Below, piece after piece: positions 40,101-55,444 of a stretch of 64,000 bases of DNA (position 1 is its first letter; every line of letters starts with the position of its first letter). The stretch spans positions 22,672,299 through 22,736,298 of the forward strand of contig NC_134025.1 of assembly GCF_964204645.1 (NCBI RefSeq), read 5' to 3'. The position numbers were made by a program, and so were the translations under genes. The DNA is from Tubulanus polymorphus (lineage: Eukaryota; Animalia; Nemertea). The notes under the pieces are model-generated. The model searched no databases. It saw only the letters and a program-made list of their open reading frames with translations, and was not told the origin of the DNA.

Positions 40101-43100
40101 AATATATGCACGTCTACAAATTGTACGAATGCCTTCTGCAAATTCCGACGCTGTCGTACAGCCATCACTTTGAAAGGTAAAATAACGATATCGCTGGAAC
40201 ATTAGAAAATCAATGGGAAAGTGGTTTATTTCATTCAGTTTCGTTGAGTCCAATGCTGGCGTTTGCGTTTCAGTTTTAAAACATTCGTCCAGGAACGCAG
40301 CCCGAAGGAACTGTTGTCGTTGGACGAGTTCCTAGTTCTACGCGAAGAGGTCGTCAAAGAGCAACAGGCCAAACAAGAAGACGCTCTTCCTGGTACCGGT
40401 GAAGATGAAGGACCACCGGGAATGGAAGTTCCCCCTGGCGAAGAGGCTCCACCCGGTGAAGGAGTGCAGCTTAGTCCGAAGGTATGATATGTAATGTAGA
40501 AAATTGCCGCTTGTTTTATTCTACTGGTATCTTACTGGTAACTTGCTATTAGTTTTGAATGAATAGAAATTTGTGAGTATAGAGTATATGTATTTGTATC
40601 GGGCTTGTTCAGAAGTGCTCTCCAAAAATGTTTTACACACTGAAAGCCTCCATAAGTTTATAAGTAAATCTCGCGGTCTTTTTGTGTAGATGGATGCGAA
40701 GGAATCTAAAGCTATTCAAGAGAAAATTGTCGAAAAACAACAAGCCGTACATATACGCAACGAAGAAGAAGTGAGCAAACGGTGGTCCTTCGAGGAAGGG
40801 GTAAGTGAATTCATTCCTTTTAATTCTCTGTTGATCATTCAAATCATGTACCTAGTATTGTAGATAGTATTTTCGAATATCTGTTGAATAATGCTTACGC
40901 TTATGCTTAGCAGTTATCTGTTCTTTTGCTTGTAATATAGAAATTTATCTGAAAAAGCACTGATAATGATGAAAATTACAATTTGAATATCAAATCAGAT
41001 ACAAAGCGGATCACTCCTAATTCTGATATTGACCTGTCTAGACCAACAAAATCTGATGTTTTTATAAACCTGTCTATTGATATATTTTCACATTCAGATA
41101 CGGCGACCATATTTCCACGTCAAGCCGCTCGAACGCGCTCAACTGAAAAACTGGAAAGAATACCTCGATTTCGAGATCGAAAACGGAACCTACGAACGGA
41201 CGATTGTCTTATTCGAACGATGTATGATAGCTTGTGCTTTGTACGAAGAATTCTGGCTGAAGGTAAGTCTCGCGATTATCGATATTTTCACAGCATGACC
41301 GCATTCTTCAAGTATTCGAATTTGAATTTTCCGAAAGGCGCCACGTGTTTTTTTTTTCGAATTAAGAGACGAACGATCATTTTATTTTCAGTACGCCAAA
41401 TACTTGGAATCTAACAACAAACTGAACGAAGCCGAAGCGATTTATCGACGTGCTTGTATTACGCATTTACCGAAAAAACCAAGCATCCACATCGCCTGGT
41501 CGGCGTTCGCTGAAAAACAAGGTAATCCGCGATTATAGTAGTAGAATACGCACACCCTGACATGGAAAATAGATTATATAAGAAATGAAAATGAAAGATA
41601 CGTTTTCAACATTTCTGATTCTCTGCAGGCTCTCTTTCAAAGTATATTTTTTCATACCTCATAATTGCCCTCCTACTCAGCAATTTATTCTGTTGTATCC
41701 TGTTGTATATACCAGTTATAGTCATTCACATCCGACAATGGTCTCTTAGAGAGAGTCCAAAATGTTGTGTCTTTTATTTCTAATTCATGAGTAAAAAACT
41801 TAATTTGTGTAGTGGGTTTTAAACTTAGCTGTTAATTGTTATTTAATCAATTGAATCGTTGCTGTTCAATAGGTTAATTTGTAAATTTGTTACATCATTT
41901 AGAAAATTCCCAACGCGCCATCGAAATTCTGGAGAACCTCGAGATACTTCTGCCCGGCTTAGCTCAGTTGATCATGAGGAGAGTCGGCCTGTACCGGCGA
42001 CTCGGAAATTTCGAAATGGTCGAGAAAATATTCAACGAAAACATCGAGAAAGCGTCTTCGGTGACCTTGTCGTCGTTTTTCGCGAAGAAATACGCGCGAT
42101 TTTTATTCACAGTAAGTTTTGCGATTTCGATGCCCGGTTCATGCTCCTGGACACAATTTCAACGCCTTAGCTTCTTACAAAACATCTTCATTGGATTAAA
42201 TTAAACTTGATTAGATCAACTAGATTAAAGTTTCAGGTTGTTATTGCTAAAAGGAATATAATTCTACAGTTCCAAGCTTTGCGATGATTTAAGTCAATTG
42301 CATGCATAGTTTCTAGTAGGTCAATTAAACCTTCCTAGTGACCAGGAACTTGAAATTTTATGAATATTTTACCTAAAATGGTCCAGAAAAAGCCCTTCTC
42401 AAGATTCCCAAAGATTAAGACCATTTAAGAACAATTAAGCAATTTCAAGGATTCAGAAATGCTTGTTATCATTAACAACCTTTATACGGTGGTAAGTATG
42501 ACATATAGTGCCGCTTGTTTTAATTCTGACCCCCCTTTTTAAAAAATCCTAGTGACCCCTTGGCGACTTGCGGGCAAATTTACAAAACATGATGCTATGA
42601 ACTCTTGATTTGATAATTTCCCACTTTTAGATGATGAAAAAGAAAGCCCAAGCTATGGAAGTTTTGTTAGCGGCTGTTCAAAAAGACAAACTAAACCACA
42701 ACCTGCATTTACTGCTACTCGACATCGAATACCACAGTGAAGATCGCACTGACCACGCGATGATGGAAATATTCGATATGGTCTTACAAAACGAGGAGTT
42801 CCCGCTCGAATTCCGGCTTCAGTTTTCGCGGCGGAAATTGGAATACCTCGAAGACTTCGGATCCGACGTGAACGCGTGAGTACATCTCGAATTTAGAAAT
42901 CATTGGATTTTCTTTTACGATCAATAATCAGAACTTTTTCGAATCATCGTTATTTTACAGGTTGTTGCGCACTTATGACGAACATCAGAAAATCGTCAAG
43001 GATTACAAATTGGAAGAGAAGAAAAAACTCACGGAGCAAGGGGAAAAACATGGGTAAGAAGATGACTAAGAGGGACTTAGTTTTAGAAAGGGTTGGGGCT

Positions 43101-43896
43101 TCTCCACTTATTGGAAATATATCTTGCAGTTTTCTACAAGCACAGCAAATGTTACCTTAACTCCCGGTTAACGAGAGTACACAAGCTTTATAAACTAGTG
43201 ATTCTAAATCTTGATCTTATGTTCTGTAATGTATGAATGAATATATTTCAGTGCCATTGATCAGTTAGGAGGTGTTGCGAAGAAAGCGAGATACGATGAA
43301 ACTCAACAGCAACAACAGCAACAGCAGTATAACTACGGTTGGGAAGGTTATTCTGTAAGTATCACAACTTCTCTTCGAAAACTGATCAAGTAAAAATTAC
43401 GTAGTATTTTTGAAACATGTGGAAAATCTACACAACTACCGGTACATGGGGCTAGAAAAAGTCTGTATTACCTATATCCAGTGTGAAATAATTAATATCC
43501 TTTATGGATGAAATTCTAGGTTTGTAATAAGCAAAAAATCATTATGTCTGAGGTCGTTAAGAGAGATTCTACTATATATGTATGTGGTCCTAATCTCAAT
43601 GCATTCGGGTCATTGCTTTCGATCATAAGTTCTCGTGGGAAGGTTGAATATTGAAAATGCCTTGATTGTGAAACATTTCTCTGATTCAAAAGTTTTCAAG
43701 TTATGAGAAAACTTCATTGTCTTCACTGTCTTTATTTTAGATGTATTTCTTACCGACTGTATTATAGTACTCAGGATTACTAGGAGAATTATCTTTTGTT
43801 GATATATATCTAACCGGGATGATCTTTTTGTTTCAGGGCTATAACAACAACTATAACAACTACTACAACTCACAGTACTATCAGCAATCTACTTAA
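34129..43896 (+). CDS. PRPF39: Pre-mRNA-processing factor 39 (HAT repeats) with N-terminal SAP domain
   Basis: [21 protein letters not shown]; [13 protein letters not shown]; [10 protein letters not shown]; [10 protein letters not shown]; [26 protein letters not shown]; [24 protein letters not shown]; [12 protein letters not shown]; Q/Y/N-rich tail ending at TAA 43896. Exon ~35377-35553 encodes a SAP motif. Confidence 0.93.
34339..34817. mobile_element. MITE with ~55-bp TIRs and an internal degenerate CCCTAA-like tract
   Basis: CGCAGTGGATATTTTACCGTATACGG.. / ..CCGTATACGGTTAAATATCCACTTCG, in PRPF39 intron 1. Confidence 0.65.
36294..36621. mobile_element. Harbinger-like MITE with a nested Tc1/mariner-like MITE (~36372-36546)
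   Basis: Outer ends GGGGCCGTCCGTAAAGTA / TACTTTATGGACGTCCCC. Inner ends GGATCCTCGTTACAAC / GTTGTTACGAGGTTCTCC. Confidence 0.55.
38644..38841. mobile_element. PIF/Harbinger-like MITE
   Basis: GGGCCGGTTCCATAGT / ACTATGGAACCGGCCC TIRs with a CAG TSD. Confidence 0.75.
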
Positions 43897-45513
43897 AATG
43901 ACAAGATCAAGAAAGCGATGCGACCTTCTAAGTGGATCGGTTAAAAAAACTAATAATATCAGATGCTGTGGACTATTATGGATCAAAAACTTTTTACCGC
44001 GGTTCATAGGAATAAATGGCAAACTTCATTCGTATGGACTCGACTCTCTCTCCTGAGCATGGATTTGGAATATACAGATCGTAATAAGCGTTTGTTTTCT
44101 GCGGCGCGTTGTTTATAATATAATGTTACTTAAGTGTGTATTTATGTAATCCGCATATGTCTAGATAGCTTGACCATTCCAGTAAGTCCATAGCTAACTC
44201 ATAAAGAATAGAAAAAAATCAAAAAATGGTTGTGGGACTTTGTTGAAAATCTAAGTAGTAGCCGATTCATGTTTAAAAAAATTGATAGAAGTTCATTATG
44301 TCCATTTGTTCAATATTGAATATTGGATAAATACATTTTGGTTTTTGGTTGAGGCTTCATCTCTGTGTGCAGGGTGTTCTTTCTCGATATGCTTAGGAAG
44401 TCTAGAATTTGTCCAAGGCAAAAATATGTTGAGTCTAATGATTTTGACAATATATATGCGAAGAAGTCGCGAGTCTGAAAGTGTCCCAAGATTTAACACT
44501 TGCGTTTTAAAGCCTATGCCGTTATAATTCATTCCATTTGTGAACCTTCAGTGTCGCTAAGTGTAGCAAAACACTACATTTTGAAGAAAGGTCATAAAAA
44601 GTGGCACGTTGTCTCTAAAGTAGGCAGTCAGGCTATGAATCTTTGTATTTAAAATCGTTGTTACATATACCAACAGATCGATCGCGTCTACCAAGATTTC
44701 TCAGTGCAGCATCTGTCATTTATACGGTAAATACTGTACCGGTAATTAAAAATCTAAAATGGAATACATGTCGCACATGTACCGATTCCGGGTCTCTGTA
44801 AATTCATCAGAACCATCCATTTGTATATCCTTAGTGTATTATATTTTTCATTTAATGAGCACATGATTCACGTAGAAATATATTGTGCACTCCGTATTAT
44901 TGACATTTTAAGTGTTTACAGGAAAATGCGATGAGAAAAACTGTTTAGGTCATAAAAATTAGTGTAAATAACGCTGCTGGGAATAAATGAACATTTTCTT
45001 ATTCAAAAAGTCATCACTTTTAGTAGTTGTTTTACTTGTTTGGTGGTTGATATGAATTCCAAGTTTATTGCCTTTTAGCACATTTTGGGGCTATTGCATT
45101 TCGTTTTTAAGATGCTTTGATGGATTGTCATGATATTCAATGTATCTACCCTCTACATATTTGGAGCAAAAAACTAGCTAAACTAAAGGGTGGCTGTTGT
45201 TCATTGAAATCACTATACAAGATGCTTCTTTCAAACTTGATACCTAGAGCCCAACATCATGAAAAGTTGGGCCATTCTGACATACGCCATGCCTGCAACT
45301 AATCCTTTGATTGAAAATGCATCTATTCAATTTCATCTATTTCTCTGTGGGCTTCTGTTTTGTGATCTCCAGCCCTTCCATGGTACTACTGGGGCAAGCG
45401 GCACGAGTATTTCATTAAGCTGATTCCTGGAGACGCCTCCATCTTTGAACGGCAACTTCGTCCCTAGCGATCGTTCTTAACGACAATAGATTTTGATAGA
45501 GGTGTAAATTTAT

Positions 45514-48493
45514 TCATTGAAAAATTTCCCTTTTAGGGAATACAGACTTGAGAATCTTTGTAGACAACGAGGTATTTGAAGGCAGAAACCTTGCCCAGCG
45601 TTGCAATCGATCTAACGCTGGTACGTGCTTTTTAATAAACGCCTTTTGTATTTCATTCCATTGATTTTCTGTTAATGCACTGTCTTCCGAGTCCACGGTT
45701 TGATCGTTATAGTCCACTCCGGTTATATAACAATTCGGTAATAGTTCCTCCAACAATAAACAGATCATAGCTTTATTCTGAACACCTGGTAGATTCGCAA
45801 CATTCAACTGTCTTAAATGTCTGAAATGGTAATCGGAGAGCGAAATGAGAAAACGGCTGAGAGCATGATTTTTCTCTTATTTTCATTTGGGGCGATTCTA
45901 CACTACTGATTCTTTAAGAACTTCCAGCTTTCAGTAAATGAATTTGATTTAAAACTTGAATTTCGTAAACCGTTGCCGGTCAATTACCGTATTTTACTTA
46001 AGGTGGCACCCATAAAAACATGCCTTACGATGTACGGTTTGAAATACATTAAAAAATCTATCAAAATACTAGACCCGGCCTTGCTCACTGGTCAACTTTG
46101 AATATACATGGACGGTCTTTCAATTTAAACAAAAGAGTTTGAATTGAAAAGAATTTCAATTTCTCTGATTCTCAAAAGGTACAATGGAACCTCATTAATT
46201 CAAATCTTGAAGGCGAAAGTGAAATGGTCGTATTAAGTTGGTTTCGTATTATCCCAAGCTTGATTGATATACCCGTAGATATTTTAGCTGGAAATCACGG
46301 GTTTTGTCTTTGACAGAATTGTACTACCGGTAATGAAGTTCAACTGTATTTGGTCAACCGAGCCCTAAATGTAACAGAGTCTTAATTCATAAACTACTGT
46401 AGATATTTTTTAAACATACCTGAGCCGATGTAAACAAGATAGTCCTCGATCAGTTATATGAGGACAGCCACTTAGATCCAGCGATACTAATGTATCCTTA
46501 CACATAGCTGTTATTTTATCTATACACCAGTCATCTATGTGCCAGCATTCACTGATGTTCAAGTATTTCAAATGATTTAGGTTACCTGAAATGAATAGAC
46601 TCATATTTTTCACATCTTAAAAACCTTCAATGTAGTTATTATTTAGAGGGAGAGCTTAGAGTAGAACTGCTGATCAAGAAACTCGGCCTATGAATTGATG
46701 AGAACAGTTTGCCTAAAACCAATGACCTCGGAATGTTTTTTTTCTAAATATGAGATATTAGAGGGTGACTATTACGGTAAGCAGATGAACACTTTTTCAA
46801 TAAGACACAAGTACGACACAAGAATTCTCTGTAAGATCTGGATAATTAGGGGTTCAGGGACACCTATCCCCTCCGGAAAGTGGTCCAAAATCCTCGAAAG
46901 TGTGACGATTTCGATATTCAACGCCCCTTGGTGAACATATAAACAAATGAATACTGGTAACTTAATAACCTTGCTATAATCATAGAAACATCGAATATAC
47001 AAATTTTTCGGAAATATTCTATGAATCTACCAGTACTGTAGTAGTGAAACATCGCCGGCAGACTGTCTGTCAATCAAAATTACACAGGCAAGCAATTCTG
47101 AGTGAGAGTTGGATTCAACTTCCGATATGCGGCTAGGTCGATGGTTTTCTGCCATATTTGAGTCAATATGGGCCACTTTCTGATGTTTTATTGACACTAT
47201 CGTACTGATTGATAGCTCTGGTAGCTGTTGGTGAATTGATATGTAATTTACGATGATGCATTCCAAATTATGATCCAAGTTAGTAAGAAAATGCACTATG
47301 TTTTCTCAAATGGACGTATGAAATCTGACTTAATCGTAGATTTTGTACTGGCACTATCTTATACCCAAATTTACCAAGACGACCGACATCCGAGTTAGCT
47401 ACTGCAAAATAATCGTGATATAAATTTGGGTTCTGGTCCAACAAAGCTTCAGGAGTATCACGAGCAAAAACGAAATATGTTGAACTTACTTAAATTATCG
47501 ATTCCAATATTCATAAGCACAGTGCGAGAAGCGTCGATAGCTTCTAGTTTCATACTGTCCACTTTGTGCGTCGGTAAAAATGATTCATCATTCGTTTGTT
47601 GAAAATACCACCTCGCGCTGCCTTCAAACGCAACTCGACCCCCTCGAAAACAGATAAAATGCGCGCACGCCAAATCAGGGCCGAGCATTTCATGACGCTC
47701 CGGGCGAAATCTTCAAATGAAAATGCAAGAAATTCACATAAGACATAATCACATTCATCTCTATTCATCTATATTTTTTAACTTGAATCCCTCAGTCAAT
47801 CCCCTACATTTAACTAGAATGAATTAATGTAACTTGCATATTTACCCTAGCTCACAGTCATAGTAATTCAATTTCTATAGTCCTCTTTTCATGGTGATAA
47901 AATGTTCAACAGTGCTTTCCATTGATATTATTACCCCCAGCCTATAGGCCTAACTCCAACCATTTATCAGTCATCTCTCCCTAGGGAGAAGTAATATCTG
48001 AGCAGCTGCTGGGTGCTCAGGAGTCATCAATCAGGCCAGCAGGTACCCATTTACTCCTGGGTGAAGAGAGGCAATAAGGATAAGTGTCGTCTTGACCAGG
48101 GACACAATGAACAGGGTTTGGACCACGACCTGGCATCACAAGAGTCGAACGTTCTAACCACACGCCCACACTGCTCACTCAAGAATGAATGCTGATTCAT
48201 CCAATTCTATCAAAGGCCTAGACTTACATTTGATCGCCCATCAACATTTGTTCTTGTCGTTTATTCAGAGTTCTTCTCAGCGTATCGGGTTCAAGATCAA
48301 TTTGTTTCTGCATCATAGTCACTAGATCTCTCGGTACTCCGGTGGGTTCATTGCTAGGAGGATTTTCTCGATCGAAACCGCTGAGTTGTTGACGAATGCG
48401 CGATGTCGTGGAGAAACTACTCGAGGAATCTTGCCAAATGATTCTCCTCGCGAAACTGTGTTTGCAAGAATCCGTCAATACACGACGCATCAT
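45514..48493 (-). CDS. DMAC2: Distal membrane-arm assembly component 2 (ATP5SL), copy 1
   Basis: Exons 48493-48228, 47710-47490, 46585-46420 and 45820-45514. Mitochondrial presequence, GPDLACAHFI..GGRV.F, LEAIDAS, ECWHIDDWC, LDLSGCPHITDRGLSCLH and LLEELLPNC.ITGVDY. Confidence 0.88.
47926..48176 (-). mobile_element. tRNA-derived SINE (family of 12381-12628)
   Basis: Reverse complement aligns with the 12381 copy (GACACTTATCC..TGCCTCTC..AGGAGTAAATG.GTACC..GATGACTCCTGAGCAC..GGGAGAGATGACTGATA). Confidence 0.75.
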
Positions 48494-48796
48494 TATGACC
48501 TGGGGAAAAATACAGAGAATTTCACACTTGATAGTTATTTCGAATAATAAGACGTTTAGGGTTTTTAAGGCATTCGTAGTGCTCAGAGCTCAGAGCTGGG
48601 GGGCCTTACAACTGCTCAGTTGCTCTGGCCGTATAAAGGTCATTTCTGAAACTCTTCCGAAATTTGATGGAGTTAACCAATATAGACAACATCAATATGC
48701 TGATATATGGTTAATGACCAAAATTATTAGTCTACTAATTTAGACCAATCCAAGACCGGCTTCTTGTACAACAGCATTAAGATAGGCTAACTGTGG

Positions 48797-49205
<409 letters not shown>

Positions 49206-51591
49206 TCGTGTTTAATAAGTTAGTATTTTATAATAGTAGGTAGAAGTTCTAAATGTCGAGTAGTCACACAGCAGGTAACTGTAAGGCATCAAACTGCATA
49301 TTTCTTGCGCGCAAAATACTTAAAAGTACATCTTTAATTGATACATACATATACATACATACACTTCCTTATTAGTTAACTCAACAGCAACAACAGCAAC
49401 AGCAGTATAACTACGGTTGGGAAGGTTATTCTGTAAGTATCACAACTTCTCTTCGAAAACTGATCAAGTAAAAATTACGTAGTATTTTTGAAACATGTGG
49501 AAAATCTACACAACTACCGGTACATGGGGCTAGAAAAAGTCTGTATTACCTATATCCAGTGTGAAATAATTAATATCCTTTATGGATGAAATTCTAGGTT
49601 TGTAATAAGCAAAAAATCATTATGTCTGAGGTCGTTAAGAGAGATTCTACTATATATGTATGTGGTCCTAATCTCAATGCATTCGGGTCATTGCTTTCGA
49701 TCATAAGTTCTCGTGGGAAGGTTGAATATTGAAAATGCCTTGATTGTGAAACATTTCTCTGATTCAAAAGTTTTCAAGTTATGAGAAAACTTCATTGTCT
49801 TCACTGTCTTTATTTTAGATGTATTTCTTACCCACTGTATTATAGTACTCAGGATTACTAGGAGAATTATCTTTTGTTGATATATATCTAACCGGGATGA
49901 TCTTTTTGTTTCAGGGCTATAACAACAACTATAACAACTACTACAACTCACAGTACTATCAGCAATCTACTTAAAATGACAAGATCAAGAAAGCGATGCG
50001 ACCTTCTAAGTGGATCGGTTAAAAAAACTAATAATATCAGATGCTGTGGACTATTATGGATCAAAAACTTTTTACCGCGGTTCATAGGAATAAATGGCAA
50101 ACTTCATTCGTATGGACTCGACTCTCTCTCCTGAGCATGGATTTGGAATATACAGATCGTAATAAGCGTTTGTTTTCTGCGGCGCGTTGTTTATAATATA
50201 ATGTTACTTAAGTGTGTATTTATGTAATCCGCATATGTCTAGATAGCTTGACCATTCCAGTAAGTCCATAGCTAACTCATAAAGAATAGAAAAAAATCAA
50301 AAAATGGTTGTGGGACTTTGTTGAAAATCTAAGTAGTAGCCGATTCATGTTTAAAAAAATTGATAGAAGTTCATTATGTCCATTTGTTCAATATTGAATA
50401 TTGGATAAATACATTTTGGTTTTTGGTTGAGGCTTCATCTCTGTGTGCAGGGTGTTCTTTCTCGATATGCTTAGGAAGTCTAGAATTTGTCCAAGGCAAA
50501 AATATGTTGAGTCTAATGATTTTGACAATATATATGCGAAGAAGTCGCGAGTCTGAAAGTGTCCCAAGATTTAACACTTGCGTTTTAAAGCCTATGCCGT
50601 TATAATTCATTCCATTTGTGAACCTTCAGTGTCGCTAAGTGTAGCAAAACACTACATTCTGAAGAAAGGTCATAAAAAGTGGTACGTTGTCTCTAAAGTA
50701 GGCAGTCAGGCTATGAATCTTTGTATTTAAAATCGTTGTTACATATACCAACAGATCGATCGCGTCTACCAAGATTTCTCAGTGCAGCATCTGTCATTTA
50801 TACGGTAAATACTGTACCGGTAATTAAAAATCTAAAATGGAATACATGTCGCACATGTACCGATTCCGGGTCTCTGTAAATTCATCAGAACCATCCATTT
50901 GTATATCCTTAGTGTATTATATTTTTCATTTAATGAGCACATGATTCACGTAGAAATATATTGTGCACTCTGTATTATTGACATTTTAAGTGTTTACAGG
51001 AAAATGCGATGAGAAAAACTGTTTAGGTCATAAAAATTAGTGTAAATAACGCTGCTGGGAATAAATGAACATTTTCTTATTCAAAAAGTCATCACTTTTA
51101 GTAGTTGTTTTACTTGTTTGGTGGTTGATATGAATTCCAAGTTTATTGCCTTTTAGCACATTTTGGGGCTATTGCATTTCGTTTTTAAGATGCTTTGATG
51201 GATTGTCATGATATTCAATGTATCTACCCTCTACATATTTGGAGCAAAAAACTAGCTAAACTAAAGGGTGGCTGTTGTTCATTGAAATCACTATACAAGA
51301 TGCTTCTTTCAAACTTGATACCTAGAGCCCAACATCATGAAAAGTTGGGCCATTCTGACATACGCCATGCCTGCAACTAATCCTTTGATTGAAAATGCAT
51401 CTATTCAATTTCATCTATTTCTCTGTGGGCTTCTGTTTTGTGATCTCCAGCCCTTCCATGGTACTACTGGGGCAAGCGGCACGAGTATTTCATTAAGCTG
51501 ATTCCTGGAGACGCCTCCATCTTTGAACGGCAACTTCGTCCCTAGCGATCGTTCTTAACAACAATACATTTTGATAGAGGTGTAAATTTAT

Positions 51592-54571
51592 TCATTGAAA
51601 AATTTCCCTTTTAGGGAATACAGACTTGAGAATCTTTGTAGACAACGAGGTATTTGAAGGCAGAAACCTTGCCCAGCGTTGCAATCGATCTAACGCTGGT
51701 ACGTGCTTTTTAATAAACGCCTTTTGTATTTCATTCCATTGATTTTCTGTTAATGCACTGTCTTCCGAGTCCACGGTTTGATCGTTATAGTCCACTCCGG
51801 TTATATAACAATTCGGTAATAGTTCCTCCAACAATAAACAGATCATAGCTTTATTCTGAACACCTGGTAGATTCGCAACATTCAACTGTCTTAAATGTCT
51901 GAAATGGTAATCGGAGAGCGAAATGAGAAAACGGCTGAGAGCATGATTTTTCTCTTATTTTCATTTGGGGCGATTCTACACTACTGATTCTTTAAGAACT
52001 TCCAGCTTTCAGTAAATGAATTTGATTTAAAACTTGAATTTCGTAAACCGTTGCCGGTCAATTACCGTATTTTACTTAAGGTGGCACCCATAAAAACATG
52101 CCTTACGATGTACGGTTTGAAATACATTAAAAAATCTATCAAAATACTAGACCCGGCCTTGCTCACTGGTCAACTTTGAATATACATGGACGGTCTTTCA
52201 ATTTAAACAAAAGAGTTTGAATTGAAAAGAATTTCAATTTCTCTGATTCTCAAAAGGTACAATGGAACCTCATTAATTCAAATCTTGAAGGCGAAAGTGA
52301 AATGGTCGTATTAAGTTGGTTTCGTATTATCCCAAGCTTGATTGATATACCCGTAGATATTTTAGCTGGAAATCACGGGTTTTGTCTTTGACAGAATTGT
52401 ACTACCGGTAATGAAGTTCAACTGTATTTGGTCAACCGAGCCCTAAATGTAACAGAGTCTTAATTCATAAACTACTGTAGATATTTTTTAAACATACCTG
52501 AGCCGATGTAAACAAGATAGTCCTCGATCAGTTATATGAGGACAGCCACTTAGATCCAGCGATACTAATGTATCCTTACACATAGCTGTTATTTTATCTA
52601 TACACCAGTCATCTATGTGCCAGCATTCACTGATGTTCAAGTATTTCAAATGATTTAGGTTACCTGAAATGAATAGACTCATATTTTTCACATCTTAAAA
52701 ACCTTCAATGTAGTTATTATTTAGAGGGAGAGCTTAGAGTAGAACTGCTGATCAAGAAACTCGGCCTATGAATTGATGAGAACAGTTTGCCTAAAACCAA
52801 TGACCTCGGAATGTTTTTTTTCTAAATATGAGATATTAGAGGGTGACTATTACGGTAAGCAGATGAACACTTTTTCAATAAGACACAAGTACGACACAAG
52901 AATTCTCTGTAAGATCTGGATAATTAGGGGTTCAGGGACACCTATCCCCTCCGGAAAGTGGTCCAAAATCCTCGAAAGTGTGACGATTTCGATATTCAAC
53001 GCCCCTTGGTGAACATATAAACAAATGAATACTGGTAACTTAATAACCTTGCTATAATCATAGAAACATCGAATATACAAATTTTTCGGAAATATTCTAT
53101 GAATCTACCAGTACTGTAGTAGTGAAACATCGCCGGCAGACTGTCTGTCAATCAAAATTACACAGGCAAGCAATTCTGAGTGAGAGTTGGATTCAACTTC
53201 CGATATGCGGCTAGGTCGATGGTTTTCTGCCATATTTGAGTCAATATGGGCCACTTTCTGATGTTTTATTGACACTATCGTACTGATTGATAGCTCTGGT
53301 AGCTGTTGGTGAATTGATATGTAATTTACGATGATGCATTCCAAATTATGATCCAAGTTAGTAAGAAAATGCACTATGTTTTCTCAAATGGACGTATGAA
53401 ATCTGACTTAATCGTAGATTTTGTACTGGCACTATCTTATACCCAAATTTACCAAGACGACCGACATCCGAGTTAGCTACTGCAAAATAATCGTGATATA
53501 AATTTGGGTTCTGGTCCAACAAAGCTTCAGGAGTATCACGAGCAAAAACGAAATATGTTGAACTTACTTAAATTATCGATTCCAATATTCATAAGCACAG
53601 TGCGAGAAGCGTCGATAGCTTCTAGTTTCATACTGTCCACTTTGTGCGTCGGTAAAAATGATTCATCATTCGTTTGTTGAAAATACCACCTCGCGCTGCC
53701 TTCAAACGCAACTCGACCCCCTCGAAAACAGATAAAATGCGCGCACGCCAAATCAGGGCCGAGCATTTCATGACGCTCCGGGCGAAATCTTCAAATGAAA
53801 ATGCAAGAAATTCACATAAGACATAATCACATTCATCTCTATTCATCTATATTTTTTAACTTGAATCCCTCAGTCAATCCCCTACATTTAACTAGAATGA
53901 ATTAATGTAACTTGCATATTTACCCTAGCTCACAGTCATAGTAATTCAATTTCTATAGTCCTCTTTTCATGGTGATAAAATGTTCAACAGTGCTTTCCAT
54001 TGATATTATTACCCCCAGCCTATAGGCCTAACTCCAACCATTTATCAGTCATCTCTCCCTAGGGAGAAGTAATATCTGAGCAGCTGCTGGGTGCTCAGGA
54101 GTCATCAATCAGGCCAGCAGGTACCCATTTACTCCTGGGTGAAGAGAGGCAATAAGGATAAGTGTCGTCTTGACCAGGGACACAATGAACAGGGTTTGGA
54201 CCACGACCTGGCATCACAAGAGTCGAACGTTCTAACCACACGCCCACACTGCTCACTCAAGAATGAATGCTGATTCATCCAATTCTATCAAAGGCCTAGA
54301 CTTACATTTGATCGCCCATCAACATTTGTTCTTGTCGTTTATTCAGAGTTCTTCTCAGCGTATCGGGTTCAAGATCAATTTGTTTCTGCATCATAGTCAC
54401 TAGATCTCTCGGTACTCCGGTGGGTTCATTGCTAGGAGGATTTTCTCGATCGAAACCGCTGAGTTGTTGACGAATGCGCGATGTCGTGGAGAAACTACTC
54501 GAGGAATCTTGCCAAATGATTCTCCTCGCGAAACTGTGTTTGCAAGAATCCGTCAATACACGACGCATCAT
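51592..54571 (-). CDS. DMAC2: Distal membrane-arm assembly component 2 (ATP5SL), copy 2
   Basis: Same exons as copy 1 shifted by 6078 bp; translations identical in the ORF track. Confidence 0.88.
54004..54254 (-). mobile_element. tRNA-derived SINE (duplicated copy)
   Basis: Copy of 47926-48176 inside the duplication. Confidence 0.75.
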
Positions 54572-54922
54572 TATGACCTGGGGAAAAATACAGAGAATTT
54601 CACACTTGATAGTTATTTCGAATAATAAGACGTTTAGGGTTTTTAAGGCATTCGTAGTGCTCAGAGCTCAGAGCTGGGGGGCCTTAAAACTGCTCAGTTG
54701 CTCTGGCCGTATAAAGGTCATTTCTGAAACTCTTCCGAAATTTGATGGAGTTAACCAATATAGACAACATCAATATGCTGATATATGGTTAATGACCAAA
54801 ATTATTAGTCTACTAATTTAGACCAATCCAAGACCGGCTTCTTGTACAACAGCATTAAGATAGGCTAACTGTGGCACAGGGGCTCGTCACGATAGCTGGG
54901 GGTCCAAAATCAAAGATTTGAC

Positions 54923-54924
<2 letters not shown>

Positions 54925-55010
<86 letters not shown>
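54925..55010. repeat. (AT)n microsatellite
   Basis: About 86 bp; shorter counterpart of 48847-49030. Confidence 0.98.
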
Positions 55011-55016
<6 letters not shown>

Positions 55017-55444
55017 ATATGTGGTAGGCTACCTAGCTCCTAATCAGTAACCTGACTGTGGTTTAGTTTCACAATCGGATATTTTCAAGCCCATCCGATT
55101 ATAAAAAGCTTACCACCAACGATCGGATTAGATCATTGATTTTGGACCCCCACCAGCTACTACTGTGAGTCGACGAGCCCCTGCGTCGTGTTTAATAAGT
55201 TAGTATTTTATAATAGTAGGTAGAAGTTCTAAATGTCGAGTAGTCACACAGCAGGTAACTGTAAGGCATCAAACTGCATATTTCTTGCGCGCAAAATACT
55301 TAAAAGTACATCTTTAATTGATACATACATATACATACATACACTTCCTTATTAGTTTAAGTCACCGCCGCTTACTGTGTGGCAGCACCTGCCGTGCCCA
55401 TTTTTGGATTCTCAAGGTCGTTGATGTTATATTTTTGCATTTAG

